Shown here: positions 43,016 to 57,170 of the stretch, piece after piece
Position numbering within the stretch: position 1 is the first letter of the stretch
How the letters are laid out: the number at the start of each line of letters is the position of its first letter
Assembly: GCF_009914755.1 (NCBI RefSeq)
Contig: NC_060926.1
Source of the DNA: the human T2T-CHM13v2.0 reference genome, Homo sapiens
Strand: one strand, 5' to 3'
DNA: 64,000 nt
The notes under the pieces: generated by a model
What the model was told of the DNA's origin: nothing
What the model saw: the letters and a program-made list of their open reading frames with translations, nothing else
Databases searched by the model: none
Made by a program: the position numbers and the translations under genes

Positions 43016-45832
43016 AATATAATATAATAAATATAATATAATTAAGTAGAATAATGAAATATCCTGCTGGCCAAGGTGGCATCCCCGCCCCCAGCAGCAA
43101 AGTCAGCAGGGCCAGTGGTGGCAAGCTGGTGTCCACACCAGTGGCCACAGTGTCATGTCCAGGCAATCTCTGCCCTATGACCTCAGCTGCCTTTCCAGCT
43201 GTCTTTGGTTTCTGCCTGTTTCCCTTCAGCCTCCCTAGATTCTGGGAGGGGCCGGTGTCCTGCTCCAGGTAGGCAGAGTCCAAGTCTGTTGTGGGCAGAA
43301 CTCTGATGATCATTGCAGGGGTGGGAGGAGGGATGGAGGGAGCATGATGCTGGCAGAACCTCCATGGCATCTGGGGAATTGAAGGCTGTTTTTTGCTCAG
43401 TTCTCACCATCCAAAGCAGCATGAACAGTTTTCACCACGCCTCTCTTGTGGATGCCTGTGTTCCTGGTACACACCTCTGCTATGACACTTATCACCTGGT
43501 ATTAGTTAAGCATCTGCCTCCTTCATTTGCTGTGGGTATTTAGAAAGCAATCCATATTTCCTCTCTGTATGCCTCAATTTCTCCACCTTTATTAGAGGAC
43601 CCAGGATAAGATTATTTCTGAGGCTGCTTCCATCAGTGGTTCTGTGAGCTGGCCCATGTATTCAGCCAGTCAGTAGGCCATCAAGCATGCATCTACGCAA
43701 GGCACTAGAAGGGTTACATACAATGGGAAACTGAGGCCCAGAAGGAGGAAAGATGAAGTGCCCAAAGTTAAGGAGATAAAAGCAGAAGTGCAGGTAAGAG
43801 AAGGAGTATTCATATTACTGCAGGAATCCAAATTCTACAAGAACATACGCTTGTTCTTTAAAGGGAGCCCTCGCTTTAAGCATTATTTGCCGATCAATAC
43901 CAATTAATAATTACAGGACATGGGCAAATATTCTAGCAAAGGTCCTGAGGTCTTCCTAGATGTGCCCAAAATAACAAGGACTCCCCCCGCAGGTGGCACC
44001 AAAAGTCGGAGGATGTGTTGGAAGCTGACCTTCCCCACCTGTCCCTGCCTCACCCACAGTCACCCACCCCTCTAGGATGTAATGGTGAATCATTCAACAC
44101 ATGGGCCACCTTGGGAAGTCGCTTAACCTCTCTCCCTTTTCACGTTATAAAATGGGCATAGTCATTACACAAATGCATAAATCAACCTCAATTTTCTCAT
44201 CTCTAAGTGAGAAGGTTGGACTGGAATTAACAAGAGGATCCTTGAAGTTCTTTCGAGCTCTGACATCCTCATCCATTGCAAAGCGGCTGTGAAACTGGAT
44301 TATGTAAGGTCCTGTGGCCCCACCAATTGTTTGGCACATCCTGTCTTTTTCCCTAGCTAGATAATGATGTGGCTGAGGGCAGGGACTGTGCCCACACTCA
44401 CCAGGTGCATGTGAGTCAGCGTCTGGATTGTGTGGCCCTGCTGGGGCTGCCCTGGCTGTATCACATGCCTCTTGTGCCCATCTCATACCCCTCAGCCACC
44501 CTCTGACCACAGCGTTGCCCGGCGTGCCCCCTGCAGGCTTTTATTCTCCTGCAGCCCCAGGGCCTCCTCAACACTATGATGTGAGTCACCTGAGAAGCCC
44601 AGTCCCACAGGCATGCACAGCTCAGGAGTGCAGGACTGTCAAGGACTCTTGCAGCAACCCTCAGCCATGTGGTAGGTATGTGGGGTGCAGGGTGGGGAGG
44701 CAGTGGCATACACACTCCCCAGAAGCTTCAGTGGGATGGAGATCAGCTCAACAACACACCTTTGACTTGACTTCCCCTCCTTCTCCACTTCACTCCCCCA
44801 GCCCCTCACCCTGCTCCCTGAGCTCTCCTCCCAAATAAACTGCATGCATGCAGGCACACATGACCAGGCTGAGGCTCTGCTCTTAGTGGGATACCAGGCA
44901 AAGACACCTGCCCTAGGGATTGGAGCCTAAGCCAGAGGAGGCAGGAGGGTTTAGGGCACCAGCCAAGAAGTGCTTTCCAGATGCTGAGTGGGATCCCGAA
45001 TAAGGGAAAGGGCATCTAACATAGAATGAGGAGGAGATAACACAAGGGTAGAAATAACCAAGAAAGGGGATTTCTCTCAGATGGCTTTAGAGGTGCTCCC
45101 AGCCATTGCTGGGCTCACATGGCTCACATGTCATAATTTTTGCCAAGGCGGTTTCACTGCCACCACCACCCCGCTCAGCCTCCAGTGGCTTGTCCACCCA
45201 TGGCTGTGGCCTCTAACTGGGCAGGATTTTATAGGCTAGGAAGAAAAGTAGGGAATGTTAAGGGAGACGGAAGTCAAGTTCAACTTGGAACCATCCCAGA
45301 ATGTCCAGCAGGAAAGGCCCATGGATGTTATAGGCTACAACCCTCTCAGTGCTCAGCGGAGGAACTAGGAGCAGAGAGGGTGAGTAAGTCAAAGGCACCC
45401 AGACCTTGTAGGGAATCCTGTGTCCCTGCAGGATGCAGAATGGATGCTTCTGAACCCTGCCACACCCTCAGGGTACATGTCAGAGCACGTGTGTGGCTGG
45501 GACAATCCTCCATCTATGTTCCTCACTTACACCGGCTCCAGTTTAGGAAACCCAAAAGGCTACAACCAACCCACCACCACAGTGACCACAATGTACTTGG
45601 TGACACCTCACCTTGACACGCAGCCACCTGCCAGTGTTCACAAATGTTGGTTTTCAGCTTTATGCGAGGGTAGGATCCAACAAGCTCATTCTTTAACGAA
45701 AAAGAATGAAATTGTAAAATATCAGATCTTATTACATGTCCTAAGGGTAACTTTTATCTCATAACACTTTTGCTTCAATCATGAGTGTATAATTTCTATT
45801 TGATTTTGTGTCTATGGGGTTAGGTGTGCAAT
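42743..45832. repeat. Inverted repeat pair: 42743-42974 and 45600-45832 (~89% identity)
   Basis: Manual alignment of 42743-42974 against the reverse complement of 45600-45832 gives ~25 differences over ~233 bp. Confidence 0.92.
43750..44000. promoter_or_regulatory. Candidate hepatocyte/endoderm-type enhancer with an adjacent CTCF-like site
   Basis: tatttgc (FOX, 43884), gatcaata (ONECUT, 43892), attaataattac (HNF1-like, 43903), gcaaata (FOX, 43924), caaaggtcc (HNF4/DR1-like, ~43937), cccgcaggtggcac (CTCF-like, 43986). Motif evidence only. Confidence 0.5.
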
Positions 45833-46051
45833 GTAGAAAAGCTTGAAAACCATTGCCTTATACCCATTTGAAAAAGGAACCACCAAACAAAGGCTTAAAA
45901 ACATGAATATTTGTCAACCAAAAGGAGAACTCCTGGGCCTGGAAGAAACATCACGATTCAAGTGCTGCAGCACGAAAGAAGCTGAGGCTGGATTTGTATT
46001 CAGCTTGACTGTTTGTAAAGCACCATGCACCATGCAACTGCCTTCAGTTCC

Positions 46052-46359
<308 letters not shown>

Positions 46360-46671
46360 TGCCTTCAGTTCTAACCACTAAAGGATTCGTGTTCTCAACT
46401 GAGAAACAGCCATATGGAGGGGCTTCCTGCAAGGGCACTGAAGATGTCAGAGATGATGCCTGTGGAGCACCTGGCACAGAGGAGCTGCCCTGCTGACTGC
46501 AGCACAGCCAGTTCACAGGGGTGAGCCCCGGCATCAGCTTAGGGAGCATCCCTTCTTGCAGCTCCTCCCCCTAGCACACTCTCCCACCTCTGCTCGCACA
46601 GGACCTCTGTCCAGGAGTGCTTACGGCAAGGTTTCTGCCTCAAAAACAGGGCTTTTGGGGCTAACTGGGAG

Positions 46672-47412
46672 TGTAAGGGTAAAAGGAAAGCTTCCACTAG
46701 GCCCCCCCGATTGTTCACTGGAAATGAAGGGACAATAGGAGATTAATAGGAGAAGAAGGCATACAAATCTATTAACATACATAAACACAGGAGCCATGAA
46801 AATATGAGGCTCAAAGAAGAGCCAGATGACTGAAGTTTAAATAGCACCCTCTTCATAGGAGAGAGGGAAATGGGGGTAGGTAATTTTCAAGGTTAGTAAA
46901 TAATTTTGAGGGAAATCAAATGGACCCAGAAGGCAGACATTTTCCTGTAAATGTCCTCTTAGGAAGCTGAATGGGACTGCAATTTAAGGGAAAGTGAGGG
47001 GCAAAACTGCATTGTGAACAAAGGTTGTCTTATTACATAGGTAAAGTCTCCCTAGTCATCCCTCAAAGCTGCCCTCAGAAGAATAGATGGAAAGTCTGGG
47101 CTTAGTGACAGCTTTTACTCTTTTCTCCTTGCAGGTGGGTGGTTAATCTTTCCTGGTTATTTGATGAGATTTCTAGGGAGGGGGCCTTAAGACAGTTGCA
47201 TTTCTTTTGGAAAGAAGTGTCCATAGTCAGATATGGAAATTCTAGACAGCCTCTTTTTCCTGCACTTGGGGAGGGGGCAGAGGAGAAACAAGAGAAGATT
47301 GGAAAATTCTTGGTTCTGAGGCAGCTTCTAAGGACTTGCATTTTCCTTTAATTCAAAGTGCTCAGCCTGCCAACACTTCCTACTTTGGGGTATCATTCTC
47401 TGTGACCCCACA
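46672..47412 (-). mobile_element. MER31/MER67-like ERV1 solo LTR
   Basis: The end ttaattcaaagtgctcagc..gccaa..tactttggggtatcattctctg..ccccaca is the reverse complement of the family's 5' end; TG...CA termini. Confidence 0.65.
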
Positions 47413-48751
47413 GGGGAATGGGGTCTGTCCTCAGAGAATGGGGGAGGACCTCAAGGCAGCAGGGCAGAACTCCAGGGTGAGAGTCAAAGATGGTTTCCTG
47501 GACCTGAGACTCCAGTGGGGTTCATGCTAGAGTCACCCCAGTCTTCAGGCTCACTGCCCAAACACGCACTTGAGGAAGTCTGTGGGGGCAGCTCCTTGTT
47601 TTGTTCCTCACTGTCATTTTCCAAAAGGCAGACAAGCCCTGGCCGCCTTATGCCCAGGGCTGAGTCCACACCATGCTACACGAGCACCTGAGGGGAGGCT
47701 CCTCTCCAAAGTGCATTACCAGGGCCTGTGCTAAATTTTTCAGCAGCCTCTTGTCTCACTAATGGTCCCGGGAAATAGACTAAGCCTCCATCCCCAACTA
47801 AGTGCTCAGGCCTCCCCCACCTCTGTCCTGCCTGGGCAAGAAGCCCAGCGCCGCCCCACAGCCCAGCTCTCCATGCAGCCTCAGCTCCCAGTGGCCCTCT
47901 GCCAAGGACTTGCGCCTCTGCAGTGGGATGCAGTGCCTCATTTTATCCATAATTGTACGTGGTCCCTGTGTGATGTCCGGGGACGTGAAAAGTTGTGTCT
48001 CATTTCATTTGGGATCCAGTTAAATTCCCAAATGCTGCAACTGAGCAGGAATCTCAGTGCTCAGAGGCCAGCAGTAGGAGGAGTCTGGCTGCTGGGCCCG
48101 GACACCTGGCCTCTCCGGCCTCTGACCAGCTCTGGCCATTGGTCACCACCCTGGCTTTGTTGGGTATTAATCCACCACACTCTGCCTGGCTGATCCCTGA
48201 GTCAGAGCCAGGCTGGGATTTGTGGGTCTCTGAGCCCACCAGCCTGTGACTCCCAAAAAGAGAGCACCCTTGCTACTTGGAAGGCTTGCCACCATGCCTA
48301 GCCAGCACTCTTGCTTTCTAAGCTGAAATCATTATAAGATAGTCCCCTACTACCTTCTACCCAGAAATGTATCCCCTCACAAAGTATATGTTCCCACCCT
48401 ATCCCAATCCTACCATCGTGATTTCTGAGTACTTTCCAGAAAACTGTCTCCACTGGCTCCCAAGGGCAGAGCACTTCCTCCAGCCTCTGGAATGTCCACC
48501 ATGTTGATGGTGCATGGATGATAATGACCCCACGGATGAGCTCTCTCCAGTGGGATCACGAAGGGAGAATGGGATCCCTGACTCCCCACAGAACAGCTCG
48601 GCCCAGCTGTGAGGTTGAGCAAATACACTCAAAGCTCAGCGTTAACCCAAGTCCAGCGCTCTCAGCTTACACAGGTGGCAGCCCAATCTTAGTGCTCCAC
48701 TCAATCCATGTCTATGTATACTTAATTCTCTGGAACTAAAATGGGGAATAG

Positions 48752-49059
<308 letters not shown>

Positions 49060-49537
49060 TTTTTTTAAAGGCCGGAGGGACTAAGATGGGAGTGGGAAGG
49101 AGGGAGGTTCCAGCTCAATCCTCACCAGCAGATATTCCTGCATCCTCCATACCTGAGCCTTCAGACCAATGCTCCCCAGGCCCAAAGGGGACCTCCCTTT
49201 CAAGTATAAGGCTCCCCTAATTCCTCACCTTAGGATCTTTAAGGCAGATGACTGCCTTAAAGAACATATATTCCTTGCAGCAAGAAAACCCAACTCCCAA
49301 CACCCCACAGAGTGTGGTCTGGCCTGGACAAGTCTGCCCTAAGAAAAAAGCGACAAAGACCCTTAGTAATTGAAACAGACTTTAAGTACCATAAAGATGA
49401 GCTTTCAATCATTAAAAAAAAAAACATTTACTGAGCCAGGCACCAGGCCTAGGAACAGAGAGGTGCATCCAGGCTGCCATGTTAGGTGGGCCTGGGCCCC
49501 ACTGCTGGGGACAGAAGGTATTAGAAAGGGTCTGGTC

Positions 49538-49841
<304 letters not shown>

Positions 49842-50729
49842 AGAAAGGGTCTGGAAGCTCTAGGTGACCTCATGCTCACATCTATACGCACACCTTGATA
49901 CATTATTTATGGATCAGGTGGCACAGCATTGCAGGCAGCAGCAGGGCAAAGACAGTGTGGAATCAGAGTCGGGCAGCGTTGGATGGGATTCCGGTTCTGC
50001 CACCACTGGCTATGTGATGGAAATCTACCACATCTCTCCAAGCCTTGCTGTCCTGTTTTATCAAATGAGGACATTGTACTGAATCACAAGGTCTGTACAA
50101 TGCCCGTGCATGTGCCTGGAATCTTCCCCTCTGGTGTCCCCTCAATGCCCATGGTGCTTCCTGCACAGGGTGTACCATAGTTGCTTGCTGTCTCCTGCTG
50201 AAGCCTGCTGTGAAGAGGGACTGTGTGGAGGTAAGGCAGTGGGCCTCTCCCTGTGAGGTCCTCAGGGGGCTGAAGGCAAAGTCAGAAGTAAAAAAAGAGA
50301 GGGGGGACCCATCCCCAACCAGCTGCCATCCCAGGGCACTCAGCCTAAGGCCACTGCATTTGCATGCTATTTACATAAATCTGCATATACACTGTATTCC
50401 CACTCTATCTTGTAGGCAATTATTGCATTTAGGCAGCTCTGCATTCCAGGAAGGGGCACAAGCAGAGATGTGATCCCCTGAACTTCATGACAAGAAGGTA
50501 CCCGAAGCTCCTCTCCCACCTCCAGCAGCAAATGTCTCCCCTGGGGCTGTCCTGTGTTGTGTTTGAACCCTGCTCTGGGGCTCCTGCCCGCCACCTGTAG
50601 TGGCTACCATCAGAAGTTCCTGTTAATTGGGGATGGCAGGGTCACCACATCTCTACTCTTCTCCCACTTCTCAGCAGTTCTAATTTAAACCAGGTTAGAA
50701 TCTTCCCACTTGGTAGTCTGGTAGGGAAA

Positions 50730-51240
50730 TTACAGTTAACAATAATTTATTAATAAGTTAAAATAGCCAGAAGAGAAGAACTGTAATGTTCCCAACACAC
50801 ACAAAAAAGATAAATGTTTGAAGTGAAGCATTGAAGTGATGCTCCAATTATCCTGATTTGATCATTACATATTGCATGCAAGTACCAAAAGATCACATGT
50901 ACCCAAAAATATATACAACTATGATATATCAATTAATTTTTTAATTGATTTTTTTTCTTATTTTCCTGTGTAGTGGCAGAATCACAGTTCACTGCAGCCT
51001 CAACCTCCTGGGGTTCAAACAATCCTCCCAACTCAACCTCCTGAGTAGCTGGGACTATAGGCCCTCACAACCATGCCCAGCTAATTTTTTGTGTGTTTTT
51101 GTAGAGATGGGGGTCTCATTTTGTTACCCAGCTGGCCTGTAACTCCCGGGCTCAAGGGATTCTCTTGCCTCAGCCTTCCAAAATGATGAGATTACAAGTG
51201 TGAGCCACCGACTCTGGCTGATATATCAATTTTTTAAAAA
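50730..51240. mobile_element. L1MA 3' end (+) with an antisense AluJ (~50950-51218) inserted in its tail
   Basis: tgttcccaacac..aaaaagataaatgtttga...cctgatttgatcattacatattg...atcacatgtaccc; TSD tgatatatcaatt. Confidence 0.8.
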
Positions 51241-52239
51241 AAAGGTTCTTCTCCAGGCTTCAATGCGACTTCACCTATACCAGGTGTGAGCGGCCCTCAT
51301 GTCCAGGTGGGTGGGGCCAGGCATCTGCAGGGACCTCAGGCTTCTTGGATTGTTTGGGATGGAGGCCCAAGGAGGCGGAAGGTCTGGGGTCTCACCCAAG
51401 CTGGCTCTCCCCAAGGAATAAGAGTAATCACATGGGCCTGGAGCAGAAAAGGGAAGAGAAGGGTCCCCAGGAATGATGATTTCTGGGGCTTCAGGAAAGA
51501 GTGTGGAACTGAATGGCAGAGCTAAGGGAAGACTAGGACTTACAACCACCAAAATCAGGCCCTCCAGCTGGGTTCGGGGCCAAGGGAGAGTGCAGCCTGG
51601 CTTCTGCCATTCTCCTTTCATCCCCCTGGAGCTTCTGAAATCCACAGAATTGTGGTGAAGGACAAGGAGCCAAGGGCTCACAGGCGAGGGGAGGCGGGGA
51701 ATTCAATGTGTTCAAGGCCTACATTGCACATCTGCCCTTGGTTTACTCTATCTAATGTTCCCATTTGACCGGTAAGAAAACTGAGGCTCAAGATTCAAAC
51801 CCAGGTCCTTGTAACTTCAAAAACCTTGTTCTTTCTAGGTGTCAAAGTCAATAGATGGGCCACGGGGCTAGCAGTCACTTCTCTTCCTGGACTTGGCAGT
51901 CAAGGGATAGGACCTGAACTAAATTGCCTTTCTACAGACTTTTCAGCCCCAACCAGAGGCCTGCTGCAGGCAGTTGTTTGAACTCCTTGATTAAATGTTC
52001 AGCCCCTGGCCTGGGCGGCAGACTCCCAACACACAAGACTTACTGAGTCCCCCAAATAGACTTCAAAACACAGTCCTGAGACTCTGCCTGCCAGTTGCCC
52101 ATTAAGCTCATCCCAGCCTGGCATCTTCCTTTGTTGGTCCACTCTCCCTATGGCTACCAGGGAGAAAGTCTTTTCAGAGATGAATAAGGGCGTCCAGACA
52201 ACAGAGATGTAGTAGTAGGAGGTGGAACCAAAACAGAAC

Positions 52240-52440
52240 CAGGGGTCTGAATCCTGGCTCTGCCACTTTCTGAGATATGTCACATCAGACAGGTGACTTA
52301 ACCTCCTGTGTCTCAGTTTCCAAATTCAAAAACGGAAAATGTATTATGACGATCAGATGAGTTAATACAGTCAAAATGCTTCTTAGAACAGCATCTGGGA
52401 TGTAGCAAGCACTCAAAAACATATTAGCTATTATGATCAC
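52240..52440 (+). mobile_element. MIR SINE
   Basis: ctgaatcctggctctgccact...gtgacttaacctc.tgtgtctcagtttcc...gcttcttagaacag..tctgg. Confidence 0.75.
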
Positions 52441-55400
52441 ACAGAGACGCATACCTCCTAAAATCTTTCTGGGCTCCCACCGCCAGCATGATAAAGCCTC
52501 ACTTCTCACCAAAGGCAAATCAGGCCTCTCATCATCTGCCTCCTCCCTCCCCAGCCCCATCTCCCGAAGCGCCTCTCAGGGCACCTCTGCCCTTGCACAA
52601 GGCAGGGCCTGTTCCTAGCAACTCTCAGAGTAGCAGTGGAAGTTTCCAACACCAAGATCTCAGATACCTCAAGCTGGCAGGAGTGCGAGGTCCAACAAGA
52701 AGAGATTTTATGAATCAGCCAGCCATGGGGATGGGGCATGGCCAGGTTTCCTGATTCCCAGACCAGGGTGCCAACAACACCTACTGTTCATGTGAGAAAA
52801 GGAGAAAGAGGAGGAGGGGCCACTGGCGTCTTTTGCCCACCTGGGGTTCCTCGCTGTGGGAGAGGGGGAGGCCAGAGGACAGCAAGTTCCCTGAGAGCCT
52901 CTCAGAGAAAAGGAGGGTTTAGATCATCACACAGGATAAGGAAGAAGACCTTTTCCAAGGGGGTGGAGCAGAGCCTGCCTGGAGGTAAATTTCCTTTGGG
53001 AACTGTCTTCTTCAGTATTTCCCTTCCTCTCTGAACACCGTTTCTTTTCCTTTCAGATTATCTGACAGCCTTTTAATGAACACCTACTAAGTGCCCAGCA
53101 CTTTCCTGGGAACTTAATTCTTACAACCTGTTAAGAGGTCTATACACTCATTTTACAGTGGAGGAAATGGAGACTTAGCGGAGATGTGAAATTTGAACCA
53201 GGTCCGTGTGGTTTCAAAGCCTGCGCATGTTCCTTTACCCTATGGAAGCCTCCAGAAGCCAAGGTCTCATCTCCCCTCTTCCCTGGAGGCCCCAAACCTG
53301 GGTAGCTGTGCCCCTAGACCTTTGAGGGAGGGTCTCGAGCCATTATCTCCCTTACCTTTTCTTGCAGTGACTTGGCTTCTCCCAGGCTGCCGTAACCAGC
53401 AAACGCCTAAAGATGGCTCTGAGACGATGGCCTTCTGTGTGTGTGTCCATGAAATCAGGTAGTACACCACACAGAACCAGACTCTCAGTGACATGCCTGA
53501 TATTCCACAGACCTGCATCCGAGCTGTGCAGATCTCAGGTAGACACAACCAGTGATTGGGGATGGCTGGTAGGATCTTGCCTAGGCAGGCCAGGGAGCTC
53601 TGTGAGGAGTGTTTGGGAGAAAATCCCCCAGGTTCATCTCCCTGCATGGACTGCCCCTGCTGGGCCCTCACACTAAGCTGGTCCTGGTCCTCAGTACTGA
53701 GGGATCACCACAGGTGTGTAGGCCACAGCTCACAGGAGCCCTCCACCTAGCGGGTCAAAGGTAGTGGAAGATCTGAGAGTCAGGCAGACCTGGTCCAAAT
53801 CCCGGATCTGCCATTTCCTCACTGCATGATACTAAAAAAGTCACTTCTTCATCTGAAAAATGGGGCTGATCCCACCCATTCTGCAGGGTCTCAGTGGGGA
53901 TTGAAGGGGGCTGACCTCAATGTAGCACGATGCCTGCCCCAGGTGGGACTTCAGCAAACTCTCTTTCCTTTCCCTTCCCTCCCCTTGAAGGCCAAGACCA
54001 AGGAAACAGAATTGGGCATGCCAGAACATATCCCAGCCCTGTGGGGTGTATTTACCTCCACTTCTGATCACAGTGTGTTTGCGTATGACCTTGAGGCCAG
54101 TGACTTTTACACCTTGCCTATGCTGGGCTGGGCTGTGACTTGGCTGTGACTTGCCTGCCCTGAAGCCAAGCCTCAGCTGACATGTGTCTTTCCACCACCC
54201 CTGCTGTGCTGAGTGAGCACCAGCCACCTGTCCCATTGTTCCTGCCCCAGGCTGTGTGTGGAGAGTGGTCTGACAGGGCAGACAACACCCTACACTCCAG
54301 ATGTGTTGAGGTGGGCTCTGGGGGTCAGGAAAGAAGCAGGGAGGGGCACAGTGTGAACATCCTGTGCAGATTTCCCCCCAACTGGCCCCCCAGCTGGTTG
54401 GGTTTTCTTTTCTCAGTAACTCCTGGCAGAAGTCCAAGGAGGCCTCCTTCTCCCAAACCCTCTGTCCTTGGCTCAAAAATCCAGCAGAGGACGTGCCACG
54501 ACCACGAAAGGTGACAGCAGTCAAGGGGAAAGAGGACTCCCTTACTGGAGTGCACAGAAGTTTCCTATTTATTTTGCTTACGCGGTTGACTTTTTCCAAA
54601 GGCTGCTTGGGACGGCTTACCTCGAAAAGCTTAGCAATAAGGCTAGTAGTAAATCAGACAAAAAAATCATGGACTGGGGGAAAGAAAGTAGCATTTAAAT
54701 ATATTTAATAAGGACGATATAGTCGTGAACATGTGCCTGAGTATCCTGGCTACCACAGTAAAAGGGGAAATATGATCAGTTATGGGAAAAGAGTAAAAAT
54801 ACTAATCATGATTTTTTTTTTCTTGGAGCTTTGTGTAATAGGCACTGATGTTGAAAAGGGTAGAGTTATTTTTCCATATTTGTAGAAATTCAGAAGATTA
54901 TCAGACTATTTGCCTCACAAGGACTTTTTAGCAAGCAAAAAGTATGATATTGTCATGCACCCTGGTGAGGGGAAGTGTCATCCAGTTCTAGGTTTCTGTG
55001 AATCTACCTTGATGCAGGTGTTCAGGGAGTAGTGAGTTTCCTCAGTTGTAATGTAGACCAGCGCTTCTCAAACTTAAACACGTATACAACCTCCTAGGGG
55101 GTCTTGTTAAAATGCCATTCTAATTTGGGAGCTTTGGGGTGGCCTGACACTCTGCCATTCTAAAACCCTCCCAGGCCATCACGATCACCACCTTCCGAGC
55201 AGCAAAGGGTTAAAACCCAGGCATCTCCCATGATCTAGTAGTGAGTGCCTTTCTAATCGCCCCCAGCTGAAAGGCAATGCAATGTTATCATAGACGGGCA
55301 AGAAGAATCTCTTCCTTGGCTCTGTAAATGCTTCCGGGATGTGCTGGGTCAGCCTCCCTCCATTCTGGTTGGCGATCTTGGTCTAGTCACAAGCCAAGAC

Positions 55401-56609
55401 CGTTGATCATACACAAAAGTTTAAGTACCTACTACGAGCCAGGAAGCTCCCTCAGAAAGATGGTTGGTCCTGCTCCCCCACCCACCCTCCACCCTGGCAT
55501 CTTTTATCCACTCTTCCTTCAGCAACTGCCTTTATCAATGCTCCCTTGAGCCAAAATAAACAAATAAAAAGCAACTTCCTTTGGAAGCTACTCCATACTC
55601 TTGCGCTGGCCACAGTTACATCTCCCTGCAGATACACAGATTCTCATGACACAGAGCTCAGACAGTGCTTCCTCTCTGGAGGGCTCATGTTTCGAGAGAA
55701 GACTGGAAGGAGGACAACCTTATGCTCCAGTAGAATTCCAAATTCTGGGGTGCAGGGACATTTCGTGTGTGTATGTGGAGGGGGGGGTGTCCTAATGCCC
55801 TGTAAGCCACACTTTATAATGCTGTACAATATTGGGTCACCATCATGGGCCATGGAAAGCAGAATCTGTGAGGTTCAGTCCCAGGCTCCAGCACCCCTTT
55901 GTCAGCTGGCCTCCCCGCTCAGTGCCCTCTCCCACTACCTGCCCTGCCTCAGCTCTGACTGCTGCTGATGTGCCTCCACCCATCAGGTCATTGTGATGGC
56001 AAAGACAATGCCTCCATTTGCCCTGAATGCAGCCTTACATAGGAAAGAGCTTCCTGTGCTCCAGAACTTGGAGGAGTCCTGCAGCACCTGGTCTAGTGGG
56101 GAGAGCATCAGTGGGGAGCGGCACCTTTCCTGCAGCCACGGCCCACTGGGCAGGACCAGATCCAAGTGGCCTGGCTTCTGGCTAGGGTGTCAGAGTACAT
56201 TGGGGCATACAGCTTCCCGTGGCCATCTCGTTTTCATGGAGGATTTATTTTGTGAAGTGGACCTGCTCTGTCCCATCCTATAAATGCTGGATTAATCCAA
56301 GAAGCTGACGGTGAGCAACATCCCTCTCCTTCCTGATCAAATAAGAAATAAATCTAGATTTTCTCCTGGATGCTATTCTCTTCTTAGCCAAACAGCTAAC
56401 CTTGTCTTCAAGGAAAAAGGGCAATCCCAGGGGCTCTGTAAATTGAATATTCAGCAACTCCAGGGGCAGACATCCCTAAGTGCATAAGTGGAGCACCCCT
56501 CTGAATCAGCATCACACCAGCTGGGGGCATAAAAAGGAGAGCAGAGTAGGCAGGAGCTGTGGGGACATTTCTGAGATGCTAAAAGAGGCAAGGAAGTGTG
56601 AGGACGGGT

Positions 56610-57170
56610 GTGCATTCATGCAACAGGTATTTACTGAGCACCTACTATGAGCCAGGCAGTGCTCTATCCATTAGAGATACGGAATTGAATAAAACATAAA
56701 AATCCCTGCCCAGGAGGAGCTCACATTTCTATGGGAGAAGACAGTTACTGAAAAACAGTCCAAAAAACTCTATTTTATAGTGTGTTCAGAGGTAATACAG
56801 GCTATGGGGAAAAAAAGAAAGCAAGCAGGTACATGGATGAGGAATGGGGGCGATCAGCGTGGGCCTCACAGAAATGATGACCTTTCAGCCAAGACTTGGA
56901 GGAGGTAGGGAGGGTACCTGGGGATGCCTAGGGTCCAGGCAAGGGGAACGGCAGGGGTCAGGATCCTGTCAGATTCATCTGAGGTGGGACTGAATGTGAG
57001 CAGAGAGAGGGAGACAGAGGATGAGGACAGAGAGAAGGCCAATCACACTGGGCCACGGCTATTGCAAGGACTTTACTTTTGCTGGGGGAGGGGGTAGAGT
57101 TTTGAGCAGAGGAGAAATGCGATCTGGCAAACATCTTGCAAGGATGGCTCTGACTGTTCTATCCTTGGCA
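56610..57170 (-). mobile_element. L2 fragment
   Basis: cattcatgcaacaggtatttactgagcacctactatgagccaggc...ccctgcccaggaggagctcacattt. Confidence 0.7.

Noticed and set aside
53841-54599. 252-aa minus-strand ORF (and the 229-aa ORF at 57308)
   Set aside because: No recognisable family, runs into a MIR, and has no splice or codon support.
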